Shown in pieces: positions 1 to 9,078 of a stretch of 38,285 nucleotides of DNA. The stretch spans positions 1-38,285 of IMG/VR virus record IMGVR_UViG_3300016474_000553; one strand, written 5' to 3'. The notes under the pieces were generated by a model. It was not told where the DNA came from. It saw only the letters and a list, made by a program, of their open reading frames with translations, and did no database searches. Made by a program: the position numbers and the translations under genes. This stretch comes from a virus (taxonomy: Duplodnaviria > Caudoviricetes). Position 1 is the stretch's first letter. Each line of letters starts with the position of its first letter.

Positions 1-66
1 TCATGTCAGGATATCCTTTAGGGAACTTATGAGATATTTTATTTAAAAATTGTTCAAATATATTCA

Positions 67-609
67 TTATGCTGGAACGGTTGGTTCAACTTCAGCTGGT
101 TCTTCAGCTGGTAGGGTTTCTTCTTCAGGGGTGGTTGTTTCTCCACCTGATGGGACTGGTTCATCTGCTGGTGTTTCACCTCCTGTAGGTACTTCAGCTT
201 TTTCAGGTTCTGTTTTACCACCATATCTTAAGATACGAGCGATAGATTCAGCAGCCTGTTCTTCTTCATTTATATTTAAAAGATAATATTTTTTACCTTC
301 TACTTGAGCAATCCATGATCTTTCAGTATAGATAAAATAAAAAAATTGTCCATTAGCTAAAACAATTTTAAATGTTGTAGGGCGTGGAGCTACCCATTGT
401 ATATCAGATATAAACATCTCAAATTGATCTGTTAGTAAATCTGTTACAACTTTTTTTAATATGGGAAATTTAGTTAAAACAGGAAATGTTTCTTCATCAA
501 AATTAACGTCTTCAGGTGTAACACCTAAAGTACTATCTTTAACTTTAGAAGCATATACTCGCTTAGCTATAGTTTGAATTTTATCTATTAATTCCTGTTT
601 GCTTGCCAT
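67..609 (-). CDS. Hypothetical phage protein with acidic Pro/Glu-rich C-terminal tail (probable virion/head-associated)
   Basis: 180-aa ORF co-oriented with neighbours; low-complexity E/P/T tail. Confidence 0.75.
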   Translation of the reverse strand: MASKQELIDKIQTIAKRVYASKVKDSTLGVTPEDVNFDEETFPVLTKFPILKKVVTDLLTDQFEMFISDIQWVAPRPTTFKIVLANGQFFYFIYTERSWIAQVEGKKYYLLNINEEEQAAESIARILRYGGKTEPEKAEVPTGGETPADEPVPSGGETTTPEEETLPAEEPAEVEPTVPA

Positions 610-613
610 TATA

Positions 614-1273
614 TTAGTCTATAGTGTATTCTAACTTTTCGTCTGTTGGACCTTGTTTAGTATTTTGATAACCTAAATACTGGGTAACTGAGTTTAAGTA
701 GTCATTAGCTTTAGTAATTTTACTTTGTACCCAAGCTTCTAGCTGAGTATCATCATCTAAAGAATTCATTAATTCTTGAGCGTTTTGAATCAAGTTACGA
801 AGTTCAGATTTAGCCATTTCACCTTCATAATCAGCTTCTTCTTTAAGTTCAACACCACGTCCTTTTAACACATCAGCGTATGTTACTTTACCATCACCTG
901 TTAAATCAGGGAATTCTTTACCTTTTTTCTCACTTAAAGCATTTTTGATTATTTCTTTTAGTCTGTCTGTGTTTTTCATTTTGACTTGTTTTTTAGCTAC
1001 ATTCATTGCTCTACCACGTAATACATCTTCAGCGTCAGCTCCATATCTATCTACAGCTTTTTCTAAAGCAGTAGCCTTCATCGCTTGATAAATATCTTCT
1101 GCTCTGTCTTGAATTGCTTGAGATGACTTGCTTGATTCTTCTTTAATATTGCCTTTTTCAGCAGCATATAAAGCTCTCATATATTTTTTAGCTTTACCAA
1201 CAGAAGTAGAACAGCCTTTTTTTTCACCTGTTTCTTTGTTGAATATACACTTACCTTTTCTTTTGTATGGCAT
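614..1273 (-). CDS. Modular hypothetical protein with EF-hand/dockerin-like motif; probable internal head protein
   Basis: ATG at 1273 (MPYKRKGKC) preferred over TTG at 1282; DLTGDGKVTYADVL Ca-binding-like loop; several (I/L)xE motifs (NIKEE, RLKEII, ALSEK, ELKEE). Confidence 0.7.
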   Translation of the reverse strand: MPYKRKGKCIFNKETGEKKGCSTSVGKAKKYMRALYAAEKGNIKEESSKSSQAIQDRAEDIYQAMKATALEKAVDRYGADAEDVLRGRAMNVAKKQVKMKNTDRLKEIIKNALSEKKGKEFPDLTGDGKVTYADVLKGRGVELKEEADYEGEMAKSELRNLIQNAQELMNSLDDDTQLEAWVQSKITKANDYLNSVTQYLGYQNTKQGPTDEKLEYTID

Positions 1274-1294
1274 ATTAATCAATTTTAAATAAGA

Positions 1295-1317
1295 ATAAGG
1301 GGGTCATCCCCCCTTAT
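1295..1317 (-). terminator. Rho-independent terminator after the Hc1-like gene
   Basis: Minus strand ATAAGGGGG-GATGA-CCCCCTTAT hairpin followed by TCTTATTT. Confidence 0.7.
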
Positions 1318-1333
1318 AACTTATTGCGGTTCA

Positions 1334-1507
1334 TTACTTTGCTTTGTCTTCTGCGACAGAAGCCTTACGGTATTCGGTCACTAACTTTTTTAGGTCGCCA
1401 ACCGCCTTACGGGCTCTACCATGAGCAGCCTTAGACGCTTTAGAGTGTTCATCAGAAAACTCGTTCCATAAACCTTGCATTTGTTCAAATAACTCTTGAG
1501 TAGTCAT
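1334..1507 (-). CDS. Histone H1-like (Hc1-family) small basic DNA-binding protein, 57 aa; absent from the ORF track
   Basis: Manual translation MTTQELFEQMQGLWNEFSDEHSKASKAAHGRARKAVGDLKKLVTEYRKASVAEDKAK; KAAxxRARKA...LKKL..EYRK matches Bacteroidota Hc1-type proteins; A-rich leader; own terminator. Confidence 0.75.
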   Translation of the reverse strand: MTTQELFEQMQGLWNEFSDEHSKASKAAHGRARKAVGDLKKLVTEYRKASVAEDKAK

Positions 1508-1536
1508 AGATTTTATTGATTTTTGATTAATATAAA

Positions 1537-1893
1537 TTATACTTGGCCTTCACCTCCATCCATTGGGATTTGGGTTTTCATAAAAAATAAGGCGGTATTT
1601 CCTATTTGTCTGATGAGTTTGTTTTTATTCTCACCATCTGGCATTTCTTTAGCTGCGTCTAAAGCCATTTGGAGACCTTGACCAACACGTTTTTCAGCTG
1701 AGTCACCTCCACTTAAATCCATAGTTGGTTCTTCGATTGGCGCTTCTTCAGCAGCTGGTTCTTCAGTTGAAGCAGCTACATCTATATCAACATTTTCTTC
1801 AGATGGTGCTTCATCTTTTTTACGTTTTTTCTCCATAAGAGAAATCTCTTCTTGAATTAATTGAGATATTAAGGTACGTAATTTTTTTTCCAT
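1537..1893 (-). CDS. Acidic hypothetical protein (possible scaffold/internal head protein)
   Basis: 118 aa; amphipathic N-terminus LIQEEISLME; ATATTTAT motif upstream. Confidence 0.7.
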   Translation of the reverse strand: MEKKLRTLISQLIQEEISLMEKKRKKDEAPSEENVDIDVAASTEEPAAEEAPIEEPTMDLSGGDSAEKRVGQGLQMALDAAKEMPDGENKNKLIRQIGNTALFFMKTQIPMDGGEGQV

Positions 1894-1915
1894 TTATGGT
1901 AATTTATGATAAATA

Positions 1916-2311
1916 TTAACGATTTTTAAGTCTACGTAAAACTTCTTGGGCTAAATTAGCTTTACCTTGTTCTTTAAGAGTATTTTTAGCATTTGGATCA
2001 GGTTTAGGTTCACCCATTTCTTCATCTTCATCTTTAAAGCGCTTGAGTAGGTCTTGCATTTTAGTGTCAAGAGGATCTACTCCTTCATTTGGATTCACAA
2101 ACATATAACGTTCAGCCCATGTATCTAAAATATCACTAATTGTATCATCGTCTAAACCTTTTTCTTTAAGGATATTTTCTAATTCACCAAATTGTTCACC
2201 TGATATTTTTTTACCGACATTGATTTTATTCACAGTACTTGGAACAGCACTGGCTGCTTTTTGTAAGGCAGATGGATCAACTTCAGTTACTAATTTGTAT
2301 TTATATGCCAT
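1916..2311 (-). CDS. Hypothetical protein (possible internal head protein)
   Basis: 131-aa ORF; N-terminal KLVTE and C-terminal TLKE motifs. Confidence 0.7.
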   Translation of the reverse strand: MAYKYKLVTEVDPSALQKAASAVPSTVNKINVGKKISGEQFGELENILKEKGLDDDTISDILDTWAERYMFVNPNEGVDPLDTKMQDLLKRFKDEDEEMGEPKPDPNAKNTLKEQGKANLAQEVLRRLKNR

Positions 2312-2312
2312 G

Positions 2313-2675
2313 TTAGTTTAAATATGAAAGTTTATATAGTGTGGATTTAATTAATTCGGTTATAGTATCAATTTGATTTTCTAAGTAACTATCATCTACC
2401 ATTTCATGAGCTTGATAAGCAGCATCACATAATGTTTCAAGGTATGCTATAACTTGTTCTTTACTAGAATACTGTTTTAGATTAAAATTAGTATAGTCCA
2501 TTATGATACCATTTTTACCTTGATATGACTCTACTAAACCATCAATTAAAGGAACAATACCTTCATAGTATACTTGTAAAGCAACATGCTCAGCATATGA
2601 AGGTGTTTGTAAATGGAAAATATGAGCTTGTGTTCTTGAATGAAACAAATATGAGATAAATTTAGAAAACTCCAT
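2313..2675 (-). CDS. Ferritin/Dps-like four-helix protein (DUF5856-like)
   Basis: HxxHLQT.SYAEH.AL..YYE....IDGLVESYQG and C-terminal ENQID...LYKL motifs. Confidence 0.75.
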   Translation of the reverse strand: MEFSKFISYLFHSRTQAHIFHLQTPSYAEHVALQVYYEGIVPLIDGLVESYQGKNGIIMDYTNFNLKQYSSKEQVIAYLETLCDAAYQAHEMVDDSYLENQIDTITELIKSTLYKLSYLN

Positions 2676-2677
2676 TA

Positions 2678-3301
2678 TTAATGTTTTTTACTTGTTAAAT
2701 AATTAGCCATTAGGTTACCAATAGCACCTAATTTTTCACGTATAAATATCCATTCACTTTGGGATAACTTATGTTTTTTCTCAATATAATGAATACCCAT
2801 AATGCCAATTATTCTACCATCTAATCCTTTAACTGTTAAAAGATAAATAGATTTACATTTTGGACCCTCAGATTGATATAGATCAAGACCATAAGAAGGT
2901 CCAGCAGCCATATCCTCAACTACAATTTCTCCCTTTTCATATAGTATAGCAAATTGTTTACTAAACAGTGATACAGGGATGTTTTGGAAAGCTGTTTTTA
3001 AGGAGTTTGTTGTTGGAGTTGTAATCTCATAAAATACTGAGAATTTCTGGATTGATTTGCCTGTAGGGTAAAAATGCCCTCCATTATGAAATTGAGCAAT
3101 ATATACTTGATCACAATCTAATTCTTGCAATATAGCATCAAGTTGCTGCTCAATAACTTCATTATGTTGAATAGCATCAGCTAAAGGATCATTATTAAGT
3201 TTACTAATAAATTTTTTTTCAACCCATTTTACAAGTAACGGACCAAAAATTGAAGTCGTCAACGCAATAATGATTGGAACAATAATTTGAATTTCACTCA
3301 T
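2678..3301 (-). CDS. Putative holin, T4 T-like architecture (N-terminal TM helix + GAF-like soluble domain)
   Basis: Hydrophobic IIVPIIIALTTSIFGPLLV; FHNGG motif; GAF-like C-terminal strands (GRIIGIMGIHY). Confidence 0.5.
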   Translation of the reverse strand: MSEIQIIVPIIIALTTSIFGPLLVKWVEKKFISKLNNDPLADAIQHNEVIEQQLDAILQELDCDQVYIAQFHNGGHFYPTGKSIQKFSVFYEITTPTTNSLKTAFQNIPVSLFSKQFAILYEKGEIVVEDMAAGPSYGLDLYQSEGPKCKSIYLLTVKGLDGRIIGIMGIHYIEKKHKLSQSEWIFIREKLGAIGNLMANYLTSKKH

Positions 3302-3867
3302 TTTTTTAAACTTTGTAGGTATTTAATTGTTTCTTCCTTACTCTCTAACAACTTCTGCTTTGAAGAACCTACCCAACGTTCAATATCACCAGTTTCAGTA
3401 ATATATGAAGTGTTGGCTTCATTTATCTCTTCATCAATCCAAATATTAAAATCATTTATAATTCCATCAATATCTGAATTAATGATGTGTTTTTCATAGT
3501 CATTCCATAACCCTTTAATTTTTAGTTCTGTTTCAAAATCTATTTGGCAATCAAAACATCTTTTATATTGAAGATAAAATAATTTATCATTTTGTTTTTT
3601 CATGATATTATTACAACAAGGGCAAAAAAGTGGCAAATGAATTGATTCTTTCGCTTTATCTAATTTAGTAATATTTTGTTTTATTCCATTTTTGATAGTC
3701 CATGAACGACCATCTTCTTCCCAGACATCTCCTTCCTCATGAAACTCTTGTTGTTTAGTATAACCTGTTCCGACAATAGTTTTTTCCCCGTATTTACCTT
3801 GCATTAGGTTACGGAGGCGTTGTACGTCCTTTTGTTGGAACTCTTTTTTTAAAACATTATCAGCCAT
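3298..3867 (-). CDS. Hypothetical protein with CxxC...CxxC zinc-binding motif
   Basis: CPCC and CFDC motifs; overlaps both neighbours (translational coupling). Confidence 0.75.
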   Translation of the reverse strand: MADNVLKKEFQQKDVQRLRNLMQGKYGEKTIVGTGYTKQQEFHEEGDVWEEDGRSWTIKNGIKQNITKLDKAKESIHLPLFCPCCNNIMKKQNDKLFYLQYKRCFDCQIDFETELKIKGLWNDYEKHIINSDIDGIINDFNIWIDEEINEANTSYITETGDIERWVGSSKQKLLESKEETIKYLQSLKK

Positions 3868-4355
3868 TAAATTGCTTCTTTTTCAGTTAATTTATAATCT
3901 ATACCAGCATTACCTAATACAGTACTAATGATTTTTTTAGTTAAATCTTTAGTTGGGTTTTGATTTTGAGGGAAAACAAGTGAATTACCTCTAGTAATAT
4001 ATGTTAATAATTGAGGTTTTGATGAAAATTGTTTAACAAAATCATCAATAGCTTGTTTTGTTTTAGGTGGGAATGGAACACCTCTTTGTTTTTCTAATTG
4101 TTTCTTTTTGGCTGGGATGTTAGGGCCAAAATGATCTTCTAATGCTTTATTGATTGTTGCTTTATTAGTGGCGGTATTCCTAATGTTAGAAACATACATA
4201 CCATAGTTGTCTATGTTTTCTAAAGCAGAGATCACATCATCTACAGAAGTATCTTTAGGGGTCAATACTAAATCATATGATACTTTTCCAATAGAAAAAG
4301 TAGCATCATCATCCATGTCTACTTCCATTAAGTGTTTTAAACTGTATTTACTCAT
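3867..4355 (-). CDS. Hypothetical protein (leader MSKYSLKHLME)
   Basis: 162-aa ORF with ATGA overlap. Confidence 0.75.
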   Translation of the reverse strand: MSKYSLKHLMEVDMDDDATFSIGKVSYDLVLTPKDTSVDDVISALENIDNYGMYVSNIRNTATNKATINKALEDHFGPNIPAKKKQLEKQRGVPFPPKTKQAIDDFVKQFSSKPQLLTYITRGNSLVFPQNQNPTKDLTKKIISTVLGNAGIDYKLTEKEAI

Positions 4356-4858
4356 AATCCTAATTCTTTTAACTGTTTAATTGTGTCAGAAGCAGAAGTG
4401 TGAAAGATACCTATCCCTCCCTTACTTTTCCATTGCTCTATATTATCTACTCTATCGTCTATAAGTATTTTATTTTCACCTGAAAATTGCTGTTTTTGAG
4501 AAGCAGGACGTAAAATAAGTTTAGCTCCAGGTAAATTTCTTTTTACCCACACTCGTTTACCTATTTTAGATGATTCTTCTCTTGATGGGGCTGACAATAA
4601 TGTTGGGTTATATTGGTTTATATAATCCCATAACTGTTGCCCATCGGGCATCCATTTTAATCTAATCCAAAATCCGGCTCCTGCTTTAGCTATTGGCTCC
4701 CAAAATGTTGTTCTACCTTGAGCATCAGCTTCTTTAGTAGTCATACCAGTAAGATCTTTATAACCTTTATCAAAGTCAACTAATACACCATCCATATCAC
4801 AATAGATAGTATACTTTTGTTCTTCAATTTCTTTTAATATATCTGTGAGTTTAATCAT
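4352..4858 (-). CDS. HAD-superfamily 5'(3')-nucleotidase-like phosphatase with MIKLTDILKE leader
   Basis: Motif I DMDGVLVDF, motif II LLSAP, motif IV LIDD, W...GG.G. Confidence 0.85.
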   Translation of the reverse strand: MIKLTDILKEIEEQKYTIYCDMDGVLVDFDKGYKDLTGMTTKEADAQGRTTFWEPIAKAGAGFWIRLKWMPDGQQLWDYINQYNPTLLSAPSREESSKIGKRVWVKRNLPGAKLILRPASQKQQFSGENKILIDDRVDNIEQWKSKGGIGIFHTSASDTIKQLKELGL

Positions 4859-5387
4859 TTCTTTTTAATACTATAAATTTACCTTTATCTCCAGATTTAG
4901 TAGTAAAATCTAGACCGACATCTTTTCTTGAGTATCCTGGAAGTTTATTGGTTTTTGTTAGGTTATTATAAATGTTCCAATAACCACTTTTATCTAGACT
5001 AGATATTCCTATATACTTTGGTTTTTCTTTTTCAATGAAATTTAATATTATTTTATATATTGTTGATAATATTTTTATATAATTTTCTTTAGCATTTCCA
5101 GTTGGTTCATTTGATGATTTATTATTATGTCTTTCATCAAATTGTATGTTATAAAATAACTCATTATCCTTATAAGGACTAGGCATGTTTTTAACTGAGT
5201 AAGTATATTCAATGTCTCCTATTTTAAAACTTCCATCATATAAATCTCCATTGGTCTCAACAGCATTCTCAGGGTTAAGAGTTATTTCATTTATTTTTAA
5301 CTCATGAAGTTGAGTAGAAAGATTATTTAAAAGAGAGGATCTACTATTAAACTTTTCTATGTCTAGTAAATCAATCAATTTAATCAT
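4851..5387 (-). CDS. Hypothetical protein with MIKLIDLL leader; resembles C-terminal domain of the adjacent 691-aa protein
   Basis: 178-aa ORF; shared pattern K(I/V)(I/L)xxF(I/L)xxxxPxxIxIS. Confidence 0.75.
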   Translation of the reverse strand: MIKLIDLLDIEKFNSRSSLLNNLSTQLHELKINEITLNPENAVETNGDLYDGSFKIGDIEYTYSVKNMPSPYKDNELFYNIQFDERHNNKSSNEPTGNAKENYIKILSTIYKIILNFIEKEKPKYIGISSLDKSGYWNIYNNLTKTNKLPGYSRKDVGLDFTTKSGDKGKFIVLKRND

Positions 5388-7459
5388 ATATCATATAAAG
5401 ATTGTAATACTTCACGTTTAACTTTTTGTTTAATAGCATTCCAACTTTCAGATTTACTATTGGAATTTGTATCTCCATTTTGCCAATAATCTAAAGCTTG
5501 ATCATAGGTTTCATTTAGAGTTTCCATTCTTTTTTTAATACTAGATTGTGCTATTTCTTCAATAGAACGTAATACTACTTTATCCTCATCACTATTGTCA
5601 ATTCTATATTTATTACTTAATATTGTTTGGAGTTTGTCTATATAGTTTTTATATAGTTTAGTTTTAGCTCCTGTGTTACCTGATATATGGATTGATGTTG
5701 GTTCATTGTTTTGTAGGAAATCATTTAATACTTTAAAAGAAGTAGCTGTTACTTGTTTCCAAGCTTCAGGTGATGTGTTCTTATTATTGTCTGTGAAAAC
5801 CCAATTCATTGACCAAACATTCTTACCAGGTATTTCTAATCTAAAATAATATTTAGCTTCTATATCATCTCCATTTCCTACAATATACTCAACATTTGAT
5901 ATTTTTTCTATATTGGGTAAATCTTTTTCAAATAATTCATTCAAAGCATATTGTTTATACTCAGTTCTAAATTTAGACTCATTTAAACTATTTTCCCAAC
6001 TTCTAAAACACATATTGCCCTTACTATATGCTTCTAATTCTAATTCCTTTAGATACTCATCTTCATTTATATTATGTCCTTCAATACCTTGAATTCTACC
6101 TTCAAGATTTTGCATATGATGAATCATTTCATGAGCATATGATCGTAATATGTCTTTTGGGTGTCTACTGTGGGTATATAATGTGATACAACTAGTATTA
6201 GGATCATAGTGAGCAGTACGTCCTAATATGTTATCTGCGTTTTTCTTATCGTCTTCTATAAAGATAATATCTGGGAGTGGTTCAATATTTAAACCATTAT
6301 CTATCATAGATAAGGTTAAAGATATTAATTTGTCTTTAAATTCAGGATTATGTTCTAATCCTTTTTTATCAATATTAGATACTACAATTTTATCTTTTTG
6401 TTTTTCAACTTTAAAATCAGATGGTACTACATTAGCAATATGATCCTTATAATAATCAACTCTAGTTGAGTCTGAGGATGTGTTTAGGTCTAGATTTTGA
6501 AGTGGTTCAAAAGAATCTTCAAATACTAATTTAACATTTGGAGTAGCAAAATTACGTTTACGCATTATTGTTTTAGCTACAGCTACTACTTTATCACGTA
6601 ATTTAGATTTTCTATCATCTTTAGTTAAAGGAATATTAATATTTGTATCTGAATCAACTGCTACTACTTCTCCATGGTCTAATAGATCTTCTAATTCGTC
6701 TTTTTCATCTGAAAGTTTGTCAAAGAAGTCATATAATTCATCCGCCTCAATAGGTGGATTATTACGTTTGTCATTAACTCTATCAACAAAATGAGGAGGA
6801 ATATCAATATCAATAGGATCTAAAACATCATCAGCATAGTCATCAATATCATCAATTTCAGGTTCAGGGACTATTTCATTGATTTGGCTTGGTCTTAAAA
6901 TACTATATATTTCTTCTTTATCAAAATCTTCAATATTAGGTAAATAATTAAAAAATTCTTCTTTATTATCTAATACTGCTCTAGCTTTAGTACCACTAAC
7001 ACCACCTGATGTTACAATATTAATAGGTTCAATGTTTGTTTTGCTTAAAGCAGATTTAGTACGTTTTTCAAAATCAGCAAAATCTTCTGGTTTGTCTTCT
7101 CTAGAACCTAAAAACCATTTAATTTGAGCATCAGGTTCATCTTTAGCATAAGAGTAAATAGATGAAATTGGATTAGAAGATGGAATGATATTTACTTTAC
7201 TGGGTAAGTAGTTTTTATAAATATTCCAAATTGCTACTGATTGGTCTTGAGTAATATCTGATCTACCTCCACCTGTACCTACATAAATGTTAAACTCAGT
7301 TAATTGAGGATACATTTCTAAAGCTTTTCTAACTACTTCAAAATGACCTTTTGTTGGGGGTTGAAACCCACCTCCAAATACACCTATAACTTTATTGGAT
7401 TCAGGTATATCAGCTTCAGATAAAAATGGTGTTATAAGTGATTTTACTAATGATTTCAT
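5384..7459 (-). CDS. Multidomain protein: HxGH-type nucleotidyltransferase + putative BECR-like RNase domain + zincin metallopeptidase + unknown domain
   Basis: FGGGFQPPTKGH and GVSGTKAR (class I NTase); HFVDRVND...AKTIMRK; AHEMIHHMQ...ELEAY (HExxH zincin). Confidence 0.75.
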   Translation of the reverse strand: MKSLVKSLITPFLSEADIPESNKVIGVFGGGFQPPTKGHFEVVRKALEMYPQLTEFNIYVGTGGGRSDITQDQSVAIWNIYKNYLPSKVNIIPSSNPISSIYSYAKDEPDAQIKWFLGSREDKPEDFADFEKRTKSALSKTNIEPINIVTSGGVSGTKARAVLDNKEEFFNYLPNIEDFDKEEIYSILRPSQINEIVPEPEIDDIDDYADDVLDPIDIDIPPHFVDRVNDKRNNPPIEADELYDFFDKLSDEKDELEDLLDHGEVVAVDSDTNINIPLTKDDRKSKLRDKVVAVAKTIMRKRNFATPNVKLVFEDSFEPLQNLDLNTSSDSTRVDYYKDHIANVVPSDFKVEKQKDKIVVSNIDKKGLEHNPEFKDKLISLTLSMIDNGLNIEPLPDIIFIEDDKKNADNILGRTAHYDPNTSCITLYTHSRHPKDILRSYAHEMIHHMQNLEGRIQGIEGHNINEDEYLKELELEAYSKGNMCFRSWENSLNESKFRTEYKQYALNELFEKDLPNIEKISNVEYIVGNGDDIEAKYYFRLEIPGKNVWSMNWVFTDNNKNTSPEAWKQVTATSFKVLNDFLQNNEPTSIHISGNTGAKTKLYKNYIDKLQTILSNKYRIDNSDEDKVVLRSIEEIAQSSIKKRMETLNETYDQALDYWQNGDTNSNSKSESWNAIKQKVKREVLQSLYDI

Positions 7460-8253
7460 CCAACAAATTTTTTAACTAGATTAGGTAACTCTTTGCTGTC
7501 AACAGGATTTAAATTAGCTTGAATACTATTGTAAGTATCAGCTATTTTATCTATACTTTTATCTAAAGTAACTTTAGTTTTAGCTCTGTCTTTTTCTCTT
7601 TTTTCTAATTCTTCAGGTGATAATGTTGAATCATCTTTTCTGAAGGTAGATTGGAATTGGCCTGATGATAATAAATCTGAGAAGTATTCTTTTAGTTTTC
7701 CTTGTTGATAAGCTGTTTCAAAATTAGCTATCTCTGCTTGTTCTTCTTCAGAGGCAGGTGTACTCACTAAAATAAAATTATCACCAAATATATTTTTATA
7801 ATCAGCTAATAAATTATAAACATTAGCCCATGTTCCTAAAACACCAACTGCTGGTACTTTACGTTCACGCTTATAGTTTCTTAAAAATGATACTATAGGA
7901 TGAGCATAAACCATTATCATCATGGTTTCATATCCGTTAGCATTTAACTCATCTAAAGTGGGTTGTAATGTAGATAAATTAGAAGCTGTAGTATCGTAAA
8001 TAAGATTTTGTTTGTTTGAAATAGCGTTTGGTAAATCTTTTTTTCTTATTTGAGAAGAAGCAGCTGATAGATTCCCATACATTGGAGAATCTTTATCTTC
8101 AACATACTTGTCAGCATTTAAATCAATAAAATCCTTTAATATAGGTTGTAATGATTTTAGTACTGTTGATTTACCAACTGATGCTCCTCCAGCCATTATA
8201 ATAGCTTTTGGTTTACCTGTAATTTCTTTTAATAAATCAGTTAGTTTTATCAT
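7456..8253 (-). CDS. Zeta-toxin-like / AAA_33 P-loop kinase with MIKLTDLLKE leader
   Basis: Walker A GGASVGKST, LNADKY, IYDTT, RERKVP. Confidence 0.8.
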   Translation of the reverse strand: MIKLTDLLKEITGKPKAIIMAGGASVGKSTVLKSLQPILKDFIDLNADKYVEDKDSPMYGNLSAASSQIRKKDLPNAISNKQNLIYDTTASNLSTLQPTLDELNANGYETMMIMVYAHPIVSFLRNYKRERKVPAVGVLGTWANVYNLLADYKNIFGDNFILVSTPASEEEQAEIANFETAYQQGKLKEYFSDLLSSGQFQSTFRKDDSTLSPEELEKREKDRAKTKVTLDKSIDKIADTYNSIQANLNPVDSKELPNLVKKFVG

Positions 8254-8256
8254 CTA

Positions 8257-8308
8257 TATAAATATAATGCAGAATGTTGGCCAAGCCAAACTTATCTGTT
8301 ATAAATAT
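8257..8308 (-). promoter_or_regulatory. Tandem promoters: Bacteroidota-type TTTG-N20-TATATTTA plus an upstream ATATTTAT late-type motif
   Basis: Minus strand TTTG-GCTTGGCCAACATTCTGCAT-TATATTTA-TATAG-ATG; ATATTTAT at 8301-8308. Confidence 0.6.
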
Positions 8309-9078
8309 TAGATATCTTCCCGTTTTGCAGTTGTTCGGAACGACTCAAATGAAGGAGATGATGTTGGGTTTTCTAAATCAAACAACTTACGTACAGTTTT
8401 GAATATTTCAATGTTTTCTTCAAATGTACGTTCTGGTTCAACTATTTCCCATCCTTTACCTTGCATCTTATCTTTTTTAGGACCACGCTTAGATGATTTT
8501 AACCATAAGATACCATTACGTTGAGCTTCTTTACCATAACATTCTTTATAACATTGTGTGTAAACTGCTGTTTGTAATTCGTATGTAGTCTGGATTTGGT
8601 TTGATGTTTTAAAGTCTATAACCCATAATTCATTATTGATTTCACAAACCATATCACAGGTACCTGCTACTTTTAATTCATCTGAAAATAGATGTACTTC
8701 AGTTTCAATAAGTTTAGGTTTATGAGTTTCCCAAAACTCTACAAAACGTAAAAACATCTGCCATACATCTGGATTGTACTGTGGTGTTCCAAATTTGTTT
8801 AAAAATTGTAACTCTTCACCATTTAAATATTCTTCAATCATTTCATGGACTTGAGTACCTTCTTCAGCTGCTTTTTTAACAATATACTCTGAAGCATATC
8901 CTACTTTTTTAAGCCAATCTTCAAAAAATTTACCTTTTGGATAATAACTTAAAACATAAGTCACAGATGGATAATAATTACCGTTTCGTCTATAAAAGCG
9001 AGAATCGGGTAATGTGATTTGTTTATGGTCGTCAGATATTTCTAAAATTCGATCATAGGAGTGTTTGATTGTACTCAT
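8308..9078 (-). CDS. PD-(D/E)XK exonuclease (RecB/Cas4-like phage nuclease)
   Basis: YPSVT, GTQVH, AGTCD...IDFKTS, QTAVY motifs. Confidence 0.85.
   Translation of the reverse strand: MSTIKHSYDRILEISDDHKQITLPDSRFYRRNGNYYPSVTYVLSYYPKGKFFEDWLKKVGYASEYIVKKAAEEGTQVHEMIEEYLNGEELQFLNKFGTPQYNPDVWQMFLRFVEFWETHKPKLIETEVHLFSDELKVAGTCDMVCEINNELWVIDFKTSNQIQTTYELQTAVYTQCYKECYGKEAQRNGILWLKSSKRGPKKDKMQGKGWEIVEPERTFEENIEIFKTVRKLFDLENPTSSPSFESFRTTAKREDI

Noticed and set aside
7456-8253. Classical epsilon-zeta toxin-antitoxin pair
   Set aside because: No small antitoxin gene is adjacent; the upstream gene is an exonuclease and the kinase has its own promoter and shared leader
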